Source: Gemmatimonadota bacterium (GTDB lineage Bacteria; Latescibacterota; UBA2968; UBA8231). From it: a stretch of 64,000 nt of DNA. The translations under genes were made by a program, and so were the position numbers. A model generated the notes under the pieces. It worked only from the letters and a program-made list of their open reading frames with translations, was not told the origin of the DNA and made no database searches. Location of the stretch: contig JAYOYH010000007.1 in NCBI GenBank assembly GCA_038153405.1, positions 43,096-107,095 of the forward strand, written 5' to 3'. Shown one piece after another: positions 55,101 through 63,854 of the stretch (its first letter is position 1; every line of letters begins with the position of its first letter).

Positions 55101-56810
55101 ACATTGCTAACATTTACGGCACAAGCATTTACGTCTGTTCAAAGTTATTTGAAGTACTATCAGATTCCGCGTCCTAACGCCCCAAGCTATGAAGGTGCTC
55201 TGCTGCGCGATCGCGGTTGGAAGGGCATGCAGCTTTCTGTGCTCGACTATGCGGAGAGCGCTTTCGGCAGCGAGGGCCAGGTGCTGCCGCGCTCCTGGCT
55301 GTCGACCCACCTGATTGGCGAGCGCGCCTACATCGATGTGCAGCGCCGGGAGACAGGGGCCGAAAGCTTTGCCTTCGCTATGATGGGCGTGGTCCCTGCG
55401 GAGCGCGATCTGATGGGGTATGGCGATATGCTGGTCGGTGCGGAGAGTCGCTTTTTTGCCGAAGGGGAGCGCGACGTATGCATTTTGCCCCAGGCGCTGG
55501 CCGAAATTCTCGGCATCGGCGCGCAGGACGTCGGCCGCGTCGAGGTGTGGATCATGGGACAGGCCTACCGCGTTATCGGCTTAATCGACGGGGAGCAAAT
55601 CGATGTGCTGCGCGATTTGGACAACGAGAGTCCCATGCCGGTCGATACGGTGGCCGAGGCGCAGAAAATGCAAGAAATGGCCAATCTCGACCCGCGCCTG
55701 ATGGATACGGCGGCCATCGAAACCTTTACGCACCTGCTGGCCAACAACGTCGTTTTATTGCCCTATCAGAAGGTGATTGATCTGGGGGGCACGCTGCGCT
55801 CAATCGCCCTGGCCGACTTTTCCGACCGCCAGGTTCTGCTCGACGAGGTCGAAGACTTTGTGTCTCGGGTGGCCGTTCCGCTCTTTGTCGGCGCCGACGA
55901 GCGCGTGCGGGTCTATACTTCAATGGGTTCGGCGTCGCTGTCGGGGATGGGCAACCTGTTCGTGCCGATGCTCATCGCCGCGCTGATCGTCCTCAATACC
56001 ATGTTGGGTTCGGTCTATGAGCGCTCGTCGGAAATTGGCGTATACAGTTCGGTGGGGCTGGCCCCCGGGCACATTTCCTCGCTCTTTATCGCCGAGAGTA
56101 TGGTATTTGCCATCGTCGGCGCGGTGCTGGGCTATCTCGTCGGCCAGTCGACTACCCTCTTGCTAACGCGCTACGAACTGCTGGGGGGGATGTTTCTCAA
56201 CTACTCATCGCTTTCGGCCATCACCTCGACGCTGATCGTCATGGCCACCGTAGTTCTTTCCACGCTCTATCCGGCCCGCAAAGCGGCGTCGATGTCCGTG
56301 CCCGATGTGACGCGGCGCTGGACCTTTCCCGAACCCGACGGCGATCGCTGGCAGTTCGACTTTCCCTTTACGCTGGCGCGCAACGATGCGCTGGGCAGCG
56401 GGGCTTACCTGCACCGGGTATTTTCCTCCTACGGCGAGGGATCGGTGGGCGATTTCATGACCGAAGACGTGGCGTTTCGTCGGGAGCGCGGCGGAGCCGA
56501 TCCGATTTACGCACTCGAACTCATGGTTTGGCTAGCTCCCTACGATTTGGGCGTGAGTCAGCGCGTCGTCTTGCGCATGCTGCCGACGGAGGATATCGCC
56601 GGCATCTATCGCATCGAAATGCAGATAGAGCGGATCAGCGGCGACGTGGCCTCGTGGAAGCGACTCAATTCAGGTTTCCTCAACGTGCTGCGCAAGCGCT
56701 TTCTCGTATGGCGCACTATTCCCCAGGAAATGCGCGCAGCATACCGGCAGCAGGGAGACGAATTGGCCGAGGCATCCACCGTGCCGCAGGGGGCATCTGC
56801 CCGCACTTAG
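52191..56810 (+). CDS. 1551-aa fusion protein: signal/TM, then PA plus M28-peptidase-like ectodomain with degenerate active-site motifs, then C-terminal FtsX/MacB-type ABC permease domain(s)
   Basis: GAGGGAG Shine-Dalgarno before ATG 52191 (MKKLLSGAVLVFALG). Residues ~100-420 show the PA-domain and M28 layout, but with YYDAMS where HxDS is expected, GAENAAG where GA(D/N)DDGSG is expected, and ATSGHFQG where the EE(x)GLxGS-type motif is expected. Residues ~860-1450 show MacB/FtsX topology: TM, a large loop, then three TMs with SSVGLAPGHISSLFIAESMVFAIVGAVLGYLVG...LYPARKAASMSVPDV. No ATPase gene is adjacent. Confidence 0.7.
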   Translation: MKKLLSGAVLVFALGMVLALAVGDPQRINTRVNAFFGWEPTPPRAERLVGEEEAGALRALVSGIRRQDVAAEIEHFAAMGSRVTGYPGERRAYEYIRDRFAELGLDDVRSEAFSVTVPIDKGGQLHLPNGQVKELYSLWPNGVRTPSLPAGGIRGPLVYGGKGTLEEVDGKVLDGAIVLLDFDGGQNYLNLATLGVRAVVFFDNGGVNREQAADKFLKVSVDVPRFWIERQDALALVDELQRNSVQVRVEAQMDWEAVEARNIYGWLPGSEAMMPPKSREGDQAWREQVIVVQAYYDAMSVVPARAPGAENAAGIVALLKLAETLREQRPQYSVLFLATSGHFQGLEGINDFLYRHSRGSEYFRERMADAERIDFDLMLSLDLSSHGQRSASFGMGTFYNPEWQTDNYVKYMLTPYSKRLSQAIEEIFADSTRHYEGIAPPKRTWKNFMPIPLAFASEAAAFVGQKALALATANDARRAVDTPLDVPEAMNLDNLTRQIRTLAAMLAWAGRDAELLKPGKLELEDYGHSLAGSIYWFDRDVNFAVPKSPVAGALVTYQQQGPNSVAGVRTLMVRKADDEGRFRFDIMRNRYENTIKAYEIDARGQIVSAPDMGQEGDETYPMAHPWGWWENEMLQVLFKCRALSLFETVDSRYLSVLDHVTVLDDRDGVPQSWGADYVERQSNEEGKVTLASVVYAQPGTRVKVLMSTSLFGVRYLLSGAPDALLENPVQPEEVDEGVLKRALGNGYPIDAGTVLRPSYAAARDMWTLDDARIKQLARYGVRNDKFMRLHEEARAALMAAREHLDALRYSQYKASTREAWGLEGRGYPDIKATADDTVYGVIFYFALLLPFSFCCERLFFGFADVRRQMLGAALFFLGIFLLMRFIHPAFKLSSSPYIIFLAFVIFAIGGTALMMILGRFTREVSQRKRASAGVHETDIGRISATAAAVALGISNLRKRKVRTLLTVVTLTLLTFTAQAFTSVQSYLKYYQIPRPNAPSYEGALLRDRGWKGMQLSVLDYAESAFGSEGQVLPRSWLSTHLIGERAYIDVQRRETGAESFAFAMMGVVPAERDLMGYGDMLVGAESRFFAEGERDVCILPQALAEILGIGAQDVGRVEVWIMGQAYRVIGLIDGEQIDVLRDLDNESPMPVDTVAEAQKMQEMANLDPRLMDTAAIETFTHLLANNVVLLPYQKVIDLGGTLRSIALADFSDRQVLLDEVEDFVSRVAVPLFVGADERVRVYTSMGSASLSGMGNLFVPMLIAALIVLNTMLGSVYERSSEIGVYSSVGLAPGHISSLFIAESMVFAIVGAVLGYLVGQSTTLLLTRYELLGGMFLNYSSLSAITSTLIVMATVVLSTLYPARKAASMSVPDVTRRWTFPEPDGDRWQFDFPFTLARNDALGSGAYLHRVFSSYGEGSVGDFMTEDVAFRRERGGADPIYALELMVWLAPYDLGVSQRVVLRMLPTEDIAGIYRIEMQIERISGDVASWKRLNSGFLNVLRKRFLVWRTIPQEMRAAYRQQGDELAEASTVPQGASART

Positions 56811-57925
56811 AGGAGCACTTCGCGCCCGCTGCGCGCCGACTCGTAGCAGGCGTCGATGACCTTTTGCAAGTTGAGGAGTTGGCGCGCATCCTGCATATCC
56901 CACGTTTTGCCGCTTAGCAGATTGTCGACGATTGCTGCGTCTTGGGCGTGCACGCTGTCAAACCAGTTGTCGCCGGCCAGTTCGGGGGTGCGGTCGACGA
57001 CCTCGCCCTCTTCGTCGACGAGGACCGAGAAGGGCGCACCGGTTATCGTGCCCTTTTCCGCTGTGAGCTGAAAGCTGTGAAAGTCCGTCACTTCGCTGCA
57101 CCAGTTGCCCTCGAGCGCTAAATAACTGCCGTTGTCAAAGCGCACAAAGGCCCCCAGCAGGTCTTCGGCATCGTAGCGGGCGTGCACGTGTTTGCCCAGC
57201 TTGGGGCCGCGCTTAGTGGGAAAGAGGCGCGAAGTGGAAGCGCTTACGGACACGGGATTGGGCGAGAGACTGACCCACATGACGAGATCCAGCGTGTGCA
57301 CCAAGGTCGAGGCCAGCACGCCGCCGCCCGAGGTGGCCAAGTGGTAGTGTGGGGCCCAGGCCGGCGGAACGGTATGGCAGCCCCAAGCCTTTAAATACAC
57401 GGGGTTCCCCAATGCGCCTTCGACCATGAGCTTGCGCGCATGCTGCGAGGAGGGCAGGTGGCGCATATTGGTGCCCAATTGCACCTGCCGACCAACCTTT
57501 TGGGCCCTTTGAAGCACCTCTGTAGCTTCTTCCGAATTCATCATAAAAGGCTTTTCGCACAGGATATTGGCTCCTGCATCAAGGCTGGCCAATGCCATGA
57601 GACAATGCGTATTGGGCATGGTGGCAATAATGACCAAATCGAGCGCGTCTCCCTCGAGCATGGTTCGGTAGTCGTTGGCTTTGCGCGCCTCGGGCCACTG
57701 CTGACCGGCCGCTTCTAAGCGCTCTGCATCGAGGTCGCATAGGGCGGTAACGGTGACGCGCTCTTCTCCGATTGCTTGGAGACCGCGGAAGTGGACGTTG
57801 GCCTGGGTGCCGCAGCCGATCATGCCGATGCGGATGGGTGAGTTTGCCATGTTCGTATGCCTTCTTGGCGATAGGGGTATTCGGCTTACATCTGTGGTGT
57901 GGAATTGTAGGTAAGCATATGGCAC
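56807..57925 (-). CDS. Gfo/Idh/MocA-family NAD(P)-dependent oxidoreductase
   Basis: The N-terminal IRIGMIGCGTQANVHF Rossmann motif and a conserved EKP motif (ILCEKPFMMN). Confidence 0.85.
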   Translation of the reverse strand: MPYAYLQFHTTDVSRIPLSPRRHTNMANSPIRIGMIGCGTQANVHFRGLQAIGEERVTVTALCDLDAERLEAAGQQWPEARKANDYRTMLEGDALDLVIIATMPNTHCLMALASLDAGANILCEKPFMMNSEEATEVLQRAQKVGRQVQLGTNMRHLPSSQHARKLMVEGALGNPVYLKAWGCHTVPPAWAPHYHLATSGGGVLASTLVHTLDLVMWVSLSPNPVSVSASTSRLFPTKRGPKLGKHVHARYDAEDLLGAFVRFDNGSYLALEGNWCSEVTDFHSFQLTAEKGTITGAPFSVLVDEEGEVVDRTPELAGDNWFDSVHAQDAAIVDNLLSGKTWDMQDARQLLNLQKVIDACYESARSGREVLL

Positions 57926-57946
57926 CTGCGCAAGGCGATGCAGGGC

Positions 57947-58636
57947 CTAATCGACATATTCCGTGCGTTCGGAGTTGAGCAGGTCGCGCACGGACTCAAT
58001 ATTGTCCTGGCCTAAGCGGACGCTTCGGGTCAGGTCTTCTTCGGCCTGCCGCACCGCGGGTAGTTTTTGGCATACGGCATCGAGTTGATCGCGCGGAATG
58101 ACAACGACGCCGTCGCGATCGGCCACGGCGACTTCGCCCGAATCGACGCAGGTGCCTCCCATAACCACGGGTAGCCCCACCGTACCGGGCCCGTTGCGCG
58201 TGCAGGAATTGGGGGTGATACCCATGCAAAAGGTGGGGATGCCCACGGGTATGATACCGTCTATATCGCGCATGAGTCCATCCGTCACAAAGCCGACAAT
58301 GCCTTTGTTGCGCGCCATCGACAGCATAATATCACCAGCTACGCAGGTTTTGGTAAAGGTATCGGTAGCCACGAAAAGGGCGTCGCCTGGCTGGGCCAAT
58401 TCAAGCGCGGCAAAAACGGCCAGATTATCCCCTGGACCCGGGTGACAGGTGACGATGGGGGCGGTGAGTTTGCAGTTGTGCGGATCGAGGGCCTTGATGC
58501 GGTAGTCGAGGGCGCCGCGGCCATTCATGCAGTCTACGATAAAGCCGGTAGGGGTATTGCGCAGCGCGCGCAAAATAGAACTGTCGGGCCGCGGAATATG
58601 GCGGCGCACCGTAAGTAGGGGAGGATCTTTGATCAT
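57947..58636 (-). CDS. RraA-family protein (RraA / 4-hydroxy-4-methyl-2-oxoglutarate aldolase / demethylmenaquinone methyltransferase-like fold)
   Basis: GDNLAVFAALELAQPGDALFVAT...GDIMLSMARNKGIVGFVTDGLMRD and a GEVAVADRDGVVVIP tail are characteristic of the RraA-like family. Confidence 0.8.
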   Translation of the reverse strand: MIKDPPLLTVRRHIPRPDSSILRALRNTPTGFIVDCMNGRGALDYRIKALDPHNCKLTAPIVTCHPGPGDNLAVFAALELAQPGDALFVATDTFTKTCVAGDIMLSMARNKGIVGFVTDGLMRDIDGIIPVGIPTFCMGITPNSCTRNGPGTVGLPVVMGGTCVDSGEVAVADRDGVVVIPRDQLDAVCQKLPAVRQAEEDLTRSVRLGQDNIESVRDLLNSERTEYVD

Positions 58637-58763
58637 TGGGTTATCTCCGTGTGGGCGCTGCGTTTTCTACATAAAAAGTGGATGAGATAAAGTAGCTAAG
58701 CATGGGGTAAACGGCGATGGCTTGGCTCCCCATGTATGTCTGAATCGACCTCGGACAGAAGGC

Positions 58764-59855
58764 TTAGTGGGCAATGACTACCTGAGCCGGGTTGATTGCC
58801 CCATAGCGGCCCTTATTCGCGGTGATTTCAAAGGCCTCCGGCACCTTGTCGAGGCCCTCCAATAGGTGGCGAATGGTAGGCTTCATGGAAATGCGGCCAG
58901 TGGCGACTAGGCGCACGGTGTATTCGAGGTGGGCCTGCGAACTGATATCGGGAAAGAGGTAGCGCAGGCTGCGCTCGCGGAAGACGTCGATATCCAATTC
59001 CAGCGGGGTGCCAAACCACGAAACGCCGACCAGTTTGCCGCCCGAGCGCACCGAATACAGGGCCTGTTTTAGGGCGCGGTCACCGGCCAGGCCTTGTTTG
59101 GGACTGCCGCCGGCGCACTCAAATACCACGTCGGCCCCCTCGCCTCCAGTTAGGTCGAGGATGGCTTCGACCGGATTGCAGTCGCTGGCGTTAATGGCGT
59201 GGTCCGCTCCCAATGCGCGCGAAAGCTGGCAGGCTTCGGGGCGCACGTCGACAGTGATAAGCTGACCGGCTCCGCAGGCGCGGGCCGCTTGCATGCTCTC
59301 AATGCCCATGCTACCCTGACCAAATATGACCACGCTATCGCCGGGGCGTATTTGCGCCGTTTCGACACCGGCTATGCTGTCGCTCAGCGACTGCAGCGTC
59401 GCCGCTTCGCTGTCCGAGATGCGCTCGTCGACCTTTACTAGCGAAATGGCCGGTAGCAGGGCGCGCTCGGCAAAGCAGCCGGGCAGTTGAAACCCGATAA
59501 TGGGGCCCTTGCGACAGTCGTTGCCGCGCTCGGAGCGGCACATCGGGCACAGCCCGCAGGGCAGTTTGGCGCGGGCGGCCACGCGGTCGCCAACGGCGTA
59601 ACCCTCTACGTCCGTGCCCACTTCGACTATGCGCGCGCAAAACTCGTGCCCGAATAGCTGCAGCGGGGCGTCGCGCTCTAAGCGCCGTTTGGTCTGCTCG
59701 TACGCAAGGGTCGGTATGCCGAAGGCCAACTGTGCTTCAGTAACGCTCGGCTGCACGACGAGAGGTTCCACCAATACGTGGTCTGCCGGACAGGTGGGCA
59801 TGTCGATATCGTCCAAGCGCATATCGCCAAATGCGTAAAATCGCCATGCTTTCAT
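58764..59855 (-). CDS. Zn-dependent medium-chain alcohol dehydrogenase (sorbitol/threonine dehydrogenase-like)
   Basis: GHEFCARIVEVG is the catalytic Zn GHE motif. CGLCPMCRSERGNDC is the structural Zn Cys cluster. GQGSMGIESMQAARACGA is the NAD-binding GxGxxG. Confidence 0.85.
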   Translation of the reverse strand: MKAWRFYAFGDMRLDDIDMPTCPADHVLVEPLVVQPSVTEAQLAFGIPTLAYEQTKRRLERDAPLQLFGHEFCARIVEVGTDVEGYAVGDRVAARAKLPCGLCPMCRSERGNDCRKGPIIGFQLPGCFAERALLPAISLVKVDERISDSEAATLQSLSDSIAGVETAQIRPGDSVVIFGQGSMGIESMQAARACGAGQLITVDVRPEACQLSRALGADHAINASDCNPVEAILDLTGGEGADVVFECAGGSPKQGLAGDRALKQALYSVRSGGKLVGVSWFGTPLELDIDVFRERSLRYLFPDISSQAHLEYTVRLVATGRISMKPTIRHLLEGLDKVPEAFEITANKGRYGAINPAQVVIAH

Positions 59856-59973
59856 AGGGTTTCTCCGGTGAAATAGGTAGCAGCAAGGTAGGGTTTAGCA
59901 CGCTGGGCAACAAGGGTCTTGCTGCGCTTTCTGCAAAGGGGGAAATTACAGCAAATATCTCTGGAGGTTACCA

Positions 59974-60789
59974 TTGAACACGCACCCAACTTTTCGCTCC
60001 GATCAGCGCGGTGAGATCCTCAACTTTTTTCGCAGCCAGCAATACGCCGTTGTCGGCGATGCTCTTTGCGCGACGGAAGTGGCCGAACTCAACCAATTGG
60101 TCGACCGCTCCAAGGCGCACTATCCTGCTCTGTGGGGCATCGGCAGCGCCGATATCCACACGCACGGCCAGATCCTCGTCGACCATCCGGAAATGGATCC
60201 CTTTGCCCGCCACCCGCTGGCGCTGGGGTTGGTAAAGGACCTCTTGGGGCCAGAGCCGCGCTTCGCGCAAATAGATTTTCGCGACGTGCCGCCGGGCGTT
60301 GGCGAGAAGGCGGCGCTGCCCTTCCATCGCGATCGCGGATTCGTGCCGGCTGCCTTTTGGCAAGAAAATCTACTTCAATGCGCGTACGTATGCGCCATCT
60401 ACTACTTGAGCGATGTGGGGGATGGGGACACCTGTTTTTGCGTGGTGCCCAACAGCCATCCTTATCCGAGTCGCGAAGAGGCCGCGCTGCAGATGGGGGA
60501 TGCATACGTAGAAATTCCCATTCGCGGATCTGCGGGCACGATGGTGCTCTACAACATAGCGATATACCACACGCGGGTGCTCGGCCAGAGGGATGCCGGA
60601 CGCCGCACGATGCATCACTACTTCAGTCGCGAGGGGAATCCGCCCCTGACCAATTGGGCGCTGGTGCCGCGCCGTTTGGCCCAACACGAAGACGGCGAGA
60701 CGCGCACCTACTACAGCCAGTGGACCGAGGCGATGCAGGTCTATGCAGAAGCGGGTTTTAGCCGTGCCGATACAGACGGAAAGAAATAG
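59974..60789 (+). CDS. Phytanoyl-CoA dioxygenase (PhyH)-family Fe(II)/2OG oxygenase (second copy)
   Basis: PFHRDRGF (HxD) and a later IAIYHTRV His, with a length of about 270 aa. It is related in layout to 5251..6096. Confidence 0.65.
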   Translation: MNTHPTFRSDQRGEILNFFRSQQYAVVGDALCATEVAELNQLVDRSKAHYPALWGIGSADIHTHGQILVDHPEMDPFARHPLALGLVKDLLGPEPRFAQIDFRDVPPGVGEKAALPFHRDRGFVPAAFWQENLLQCAYVCAIYYLSDVGDGDTCFCVVPNSHPYPSREEAALQMGDAYVEIPIRGSAGTMVLYNIAIYHTRVLGQRDAGRRTMHHYFSREGNPPLTNWALVPRRLAQHEDGETRTYYSQWTEAMQVYAEAGFSRADTDGKK

Positions 60790-60795
60790 ACGGTG

Positions 60796-62802
60796 CTACC
60801 CGTGCAAAATGGGATGGCCGTTGCCGGGAAAAAAAATCATATCGACGATAAAGGAGATGCCGACCCCGCTAAAGTGGCCTATGATAAGGCCTAGGAAAAA
60901 AGGAGCGGCCTTGCGATAGAGATCGATGCCGCCGAAGCGCATAATGAGACTTTTAGCCGCCCAGGCGATAAAGATGGCTGCCGCCTGATTGCGAATCATC
61001 CACACGGAAGATATGGCCAATCCAACGGGGTGGAGCGGCCACCATGGAAAGCGGTACTGCAAAAAAGTCAGGACCGACATAGCCGCCGAGCCGATGGCAA
61101 AGAACGTCAGCTTTTGCGCGTGAAAATCGGCTGGACTCTTGATCTTAGCCATGACGTCGTCAAACGAGCGCACGCCGGCGCCGGAGGATACGCGGAAGAA
61201 CCACGAGTTGAAATTCGATGCGCCCTGATCGTAGGCCATAGTGATGACATAGGCCAGCGTGGAGAAAAAGCCAACGCCTAGAGCCAGAATAATGGCTAGC
61301 CCTAGGCCGCGTCGGGTCATGCGCATGGCGTCGTGCAGGCGGGCAGCGTGGGCGGCCGAGGGCATAAAGATCGACTGTACGTCTCCGAAGAAAGAGTAGC
61401 TCAGGCCGAGGGCCGCTAAACCGCTGGGATTTATGGAGGCCGTTCCCAGCGTCATCATGGTCATCGCCTGGCTAACGATGGGCGTGGTCATATAAAATAC
61501 GCCGGTCTGCACCACTAGGCGCGTTATGCCTAGGTAGGCGATGAGTACGCCGGCCAGAAAAAAAGCGGCCACCGAAAACTCCATGCCCGCTCGGTAGAGC
61601 CAGGCCAGCATGTAGGAAACGCCGAGGAGCAATCCCACGCTGGCGGCGCGATAGGACATCAACTCGCGCGAGTCGTCGATCTCTATGCTGGTATTCCACG
61701 CTTTGCGCGCCACGTCTTTGAGGTGGTCGCGCGCCATCCACAGGCTCCACAGCACCAGCGTTACAAAGGCCCCCCAGCACTGCCACGACGTCGAGGGAAG
61801 GCCCCAGACAAAGGTATCGCCCTCCGTTACGCCCAAACCAAAGCGGTTGAAGAGTCCTTCCTCGAGCATAGTGAGGATAAAGAAAAACCATATGCTAAAC
61901 GTGATGTTTAGGTTGGCAAAATACATAAAGCCAACCACGGGGAAGTAGTAGCGGATATTGATCGTTGGAAAGCCGTGGGCTATCTGTATGGGGTGTTCCC
62001 AGGCGATCGTGGGAAAGAAGTGAAAGAAGAAGCCGACGATATTCCACAGGGCAATAAAGAGGGGAATGGCGGCACCGGCCCAGAACACTTTGTTGCGCAT
62101 GATGGCCGGCAGCAGAGAGGGCGAATCTGCATCGGCGACGAGGGCTTGGGGCACTTCCATCAGCGGGTAGGCCAGCCGTTCGCGCTCGACCCACTGCTTG
62201 CGCAGGATGACGACGAGGCAGAAGCAGACCAAGTAGAGGGTCCAGATAAAGCTCAGCCACCAAAACATCGGCATAGTCCAGGCGTTGAGCAGGGTGCTCC
62301 AAGGAATGGGCTCGCCAATGGGAAGACCCTCGAAGAACCAGGTCATGGCTAGCCCCTCGTTCGAGGGGAGCAGCCAGGCGGGAAGGTGGGGCAGAACGTG
62401 AGTGCCCCACTGATTTTCCGCCGAGGCGAAATAGTAGGGCGTCGTCGGAATGGACAGAACGAAGCCCATCATGAAAATGGGTATACCGGTGGTGACTAGA
62501 CCCATGACGACGACGGTAATCATCTCAGCCGGTTGCAGCGCCCAGCGCGGGTTGAGGGCTTTGAGCAGGGCGTTGAGGCCAATGAGGCAGACAAAGAAAA
62601 AGCCGACGGCAATGGGAAAGAATGACCAAGTAATTTCAGACGAACCCAGCACCCAGATGGCATAGGGCGCGCCTAGGCACACGACGAGGACCTGCAGCAG
62701 GCCCAGCAGCAGGGAGCGCAGCGTCAGTCCGCTGGTCAAGCCAGACTGTGCGGAGGGCTCGCCGTCTGATGGATCAGATACGGGCATTGTAGAATTGGGC
62801 AC
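60796..62802 (-). CDS. Large polytopic membrane protein (668 aa), paralog of 50229..52133
   Basis: See the shared blocks listed for 50229..52133. There are 12 or more TM helices. Confidence 0.7.
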   Translation of the reverse strand: MPNSTMPVSDPSDGEPSAQSGLTSGLTLRSLLLGLLQVLVVCLGAPYAIWVLGSSEITWSFFPIAVGFFFVCLIGLNALLKALNPRWALQPAEMITVVVMGLVTTGIPIFMMGFVLSIPTTPYYFASAENQWGTHVLPHLPAWLLPSNEGLAMTWFFEGLPIGEPIPWSTLLNAWTMPMFWWLSFIWTLYLVCFCLVVILRKQWVERERLAYPLMEVPQALVADADSPSLLPAIMRNKVFWAGAAIPLFIALWNIVGFFFHFFPTIAWEHPIQIAHGFPTINIRYYFPVVGFMYFANLNITFSIWFFFILTMLEEGLFNRFGLGVTEGDTFVWGLPSTSWQCWGAFVTLVLWSLWMARDHLKDVARKAWNTSIEIDDSRELMSYRAASVGLLLGVSYMLAWLYRAGMEFSVAAFFLAGVLIAYLGITRLVVQTGVFYMTTPIVSQAMTMMTLGTASINPSGLAALGLSYSFFGDVQSIFMPSAAHAARLHDAMRMTRRGLGLAIILALGVGFFSTLAYVITMAYDQGASNFNSWFFRVSSGAGVRSFDDVMAKIKSPADFHAQKLTFFAIGSAAMSVLTFLQYRFPWWPLHPVGLAISSVWMIRNQAAAIFIAWAAKSLIMRFGGIDLYRKAAPFFLGLIIGHFSGVGISFIVDMIFFPGNGHPILHG

Positions 62803-62877
62803 GGTAAACTCTCGTTTTAGGTCGCGTCAAGATATTTTCCATAGGGACAGACGTCAATGTCGTTGGGGCGGGGTCGA

Positions 62878-63699
62878 TTACTCGGGCAGTCGTCCCAGCG
62901 GCGTTTGCGGTCCCGTCAGCACCGCGTGGCCCCAAGTGCTGTCGTCATCGCCGTTGCCATAGATCATAAAGTGTCCACCGTAGGGGCCGCCGTCGGGATC
63001 GGTGTGGACGATTTCCATGCTGTATTCATCGCCGACCTGCGGCGGCTGCCAGCGCGGGTCACTCTGGCCAAAGGTCGCCGCCATATCCACGCGGGCTTCC
63101 AAGACAAAATCACCGGCATGGCCGCTAAAGCGAACCTGCCATTCAACGGCGGGAATGGTTTCCTCTACGTAGGATTTGCCCGGTGCGCCGTGCCGCCACC
63201 AGGCATGCGAAGGCTTTTGCTCGGTAGAAGCGGTAAAGCAAAAGGCATTGTCGCCCTGGGCAAAAAGTTCAGGGGCGCGATCGCGGGGCCCTTCCATGAA
63301 CCAGCAGATCGCATCGCGAAAATACCAGCGCTTATCGGCTGGCTGTGGGTCATCTACATCGTTTACATTATCGCTTACTTCGGCGCCAAAGTAGAAGTGC
63401 GTGGCATCCCAAGCGGCGTAGTAGCGCGCGCTGAGGTCCTCTTCTATGGGGCCTTCATCACCGTGGTTGGTGAGGCGGTTGCGTGCTCCTCGGTCGAGTG
63501 CGTAGGGTGCCGATTGGCTGATGCGCCGCATATCCCACACGCCATCGCTGTGCGCGCGATCTTTCCATTCGCTCAGATCACCATCAATCGACGGAGGCGC
63601 GAGCAAGAGGGGGATGCGCAGTGGAGTCGGCGATTCGAATGCCCAGAGCGTGGCCGGTACGAGCAGTGCTACGATTGCAATATTGATCATGAACGTCAC
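62878..63699 (-). CDS. Secreted CBM9-like protein (second copy)
   Basis: A signal peptide (MINIAIVALLVPATLWAFE) is followed by APPSIDGDLSEWKD (the CBM9 opening motif) and the W/D-rich YYAAWDATHFYFGAEVSDNVNDVDDP, which parallels 29415..30347. Confidence 0.6.
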   Translation of the reverse strand: MTFMINIAIVALLVPATLWAFESPTPLRIPLLLAPPSIDGDLSEWKDRAHSDGVWDMRRISQSAPYALDRGARNRLTNHGDEGPIEEDLSARYYAAWDATHFYFGAEVSDNVNDVDDPQPADKRWYFRDAICWFMEGPRDRAPELFAQGDNAFCFTASTEQKPSHAWWRHGAPGKSYVEETIPAVEWQVRFSGHAGDFVLEARVDMAATFGQSDPRWQPPQVGDEYSMEIVHTDPDGGPYGGHFMIYGNGDDDSTWGHAVLTGPQTPLGRLPE

Positions 63700-63854
63700 T
63701 CCATTGTTGGAAGGATACTATACGCAAAAAAGGAGAAAACGGCGAGTGAGTATGGTCATTAGGGTAGGGAAGGAATGGCTACAGTGACGCTCATTTTGCC
63801 GATTCACCTTGCAAGTAATGCGACCACTCGCTATATATAACGCCGTGAATAGAA

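Noticed and set aside
58714-58747. Hairpin CATGGGG-N20-CCCCATG between the ADH and RraA-like genes
   Set aside because: The 7-bp stem has a 20-nt loop and no adjacent U tract on either strand, which is too weak to call a terminator. The two genes are co-directional and probably co-transcribed.
62857-63762. 301-aa plus-strand ORF
   Set aside because: It lies entirely antisense to the CBM9-like gene 62878..63699, which has a signal peptide and family motifs. The plus-strand translation is Arg/Gly/Ala-rich low-complexity sequence typical of shadow ORFs in GC-rich DNA.
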